Below the pieces are notes generated by a model, which worked only from the letters and a program-made list of their open reading frames with translations, was not told the DNA's origin and searched no databases. Positions 63,451 through 64,000 of a DNA stretch of 64,000 bases are shown piece by piece (the first letter of the stretch is position 1; each line of letters opens with the position of its first letter). This DNA is from Pavona decussata (Eukaryota): the NCBI GenBank assembly GCA_977016875.1, contig CDRNST010000354.1, forward strand, positions 806,001-870,000, in the 5' to 3' direction. The translations under genes were made by a program, and so were the position numbers.

Positions 63451-64000
63451 TTATGACACAGGATAATATTCAAAATATTTGTATGGGGATGTTGACCTTG
63501 CACGGCTTGGATAAATAGCTTCTTGTACTTGAGTAGCAGATGGTTGCCCTTGTGAAGAAAACTGCCCTGGGATACCCTGATCCCTGAATTCAGCAGCCCC
63601 TTGTTTGAACATAACAGGAGTATAAGGAACATGCTGCTGTTGACCCATTCTCATCATGTATTGCATAGTTGTGCCAAAGTCCTGTTCAACAATGCTGTAG
63701 ACTCGGCCATTGTTTTTAAAGCAGTGTCTAAAGCTTCATTTTGCTTCTTCATAGCTTCCAACATTGATTGCTGAAGTTCCATTTGCCTCTGTGAATTTTG
63801 CAGAACAATATCTTAGTTTCCTTCTTTTGTCAGTTGTTTCTGAAGCTTCTTACGCTTACAGTCTACAAATGTTTTTGCAGACTTAACTGTTTTCTCAGAT
63901 CATTTCTTGGTACTGCCTGATTCTTCGGTTGAACCAGGATTAACACTCACAGAACTTTCTGTTTCCTCAGATCCTTCATCACGTGGTGTTAACTGCTCTT
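63451..64000 (-). pseudogene. C-terminal part of a probable Harbinger accessory (Myb/SANT-type) protein; continues beyond the window
   Basis: FVDCKRKKLQK..QMELQQSMLEAMKKQNEALDTALKTMAES coiled coil followed by a Gln/Pro-rich tail; the DNA-binding domain is not in the window. Confidence 0.4.

Overview
AT-rich eukaryotic DNA with GT-AG introns, composed almost entirely of nested and decayed transposable elements. The repertoire and non-autonomous repeats suggest a cnidarian, probably a stony coral (inference, no search run). I found no intact host housekeeping gene, rRNA, tRNA or CRISPR array. Left to right: (1) an internally deleted CACTA/EnSpm element carrying a divergent 7-exon SAM-domain gene and ending in 47-bp subterminal repeats plus a CACTC terminus; (2) an intron-containing IS630/Tc1-like DD34E transposase; (3) a decayed spliced gene with a NAB NCD2-like segment, split by a very young full-length Mag-like Gypsy element (159-bp LTRs with 1 mismatch, ATGGT TSD, tRNA-Leu PBS, one nonsense codon); (4) a PHD-FLYWCH-MULE element; (5) an L2/CR1 LINE 3' end; (6) two Penelope-like fragments, one Naiad-like; (7) a Kolobok-like transposase preceded by an MBD-like exon; (8) a P-element-like transposase with a divergent orphan gene; (9) a BEL/Pao 3' half; (10) an AcademH-like transposase plus helicase remnant; (11) duplicated LINE fragments and a 64-bp satellite; (12) an internally deleted BEL; (13) Harbinger fragments; (14) a spliced Arg/Glu-rich CCHC-knuckle gene. 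The most interesting theme is DNA transposons carrying spliced accessory or fused domains resembling chromatin/repressor modules (SAM, PHD, MBD-like, NCD2-like). Family assignments come from recognising motifs by eye and need HMM confirmation.
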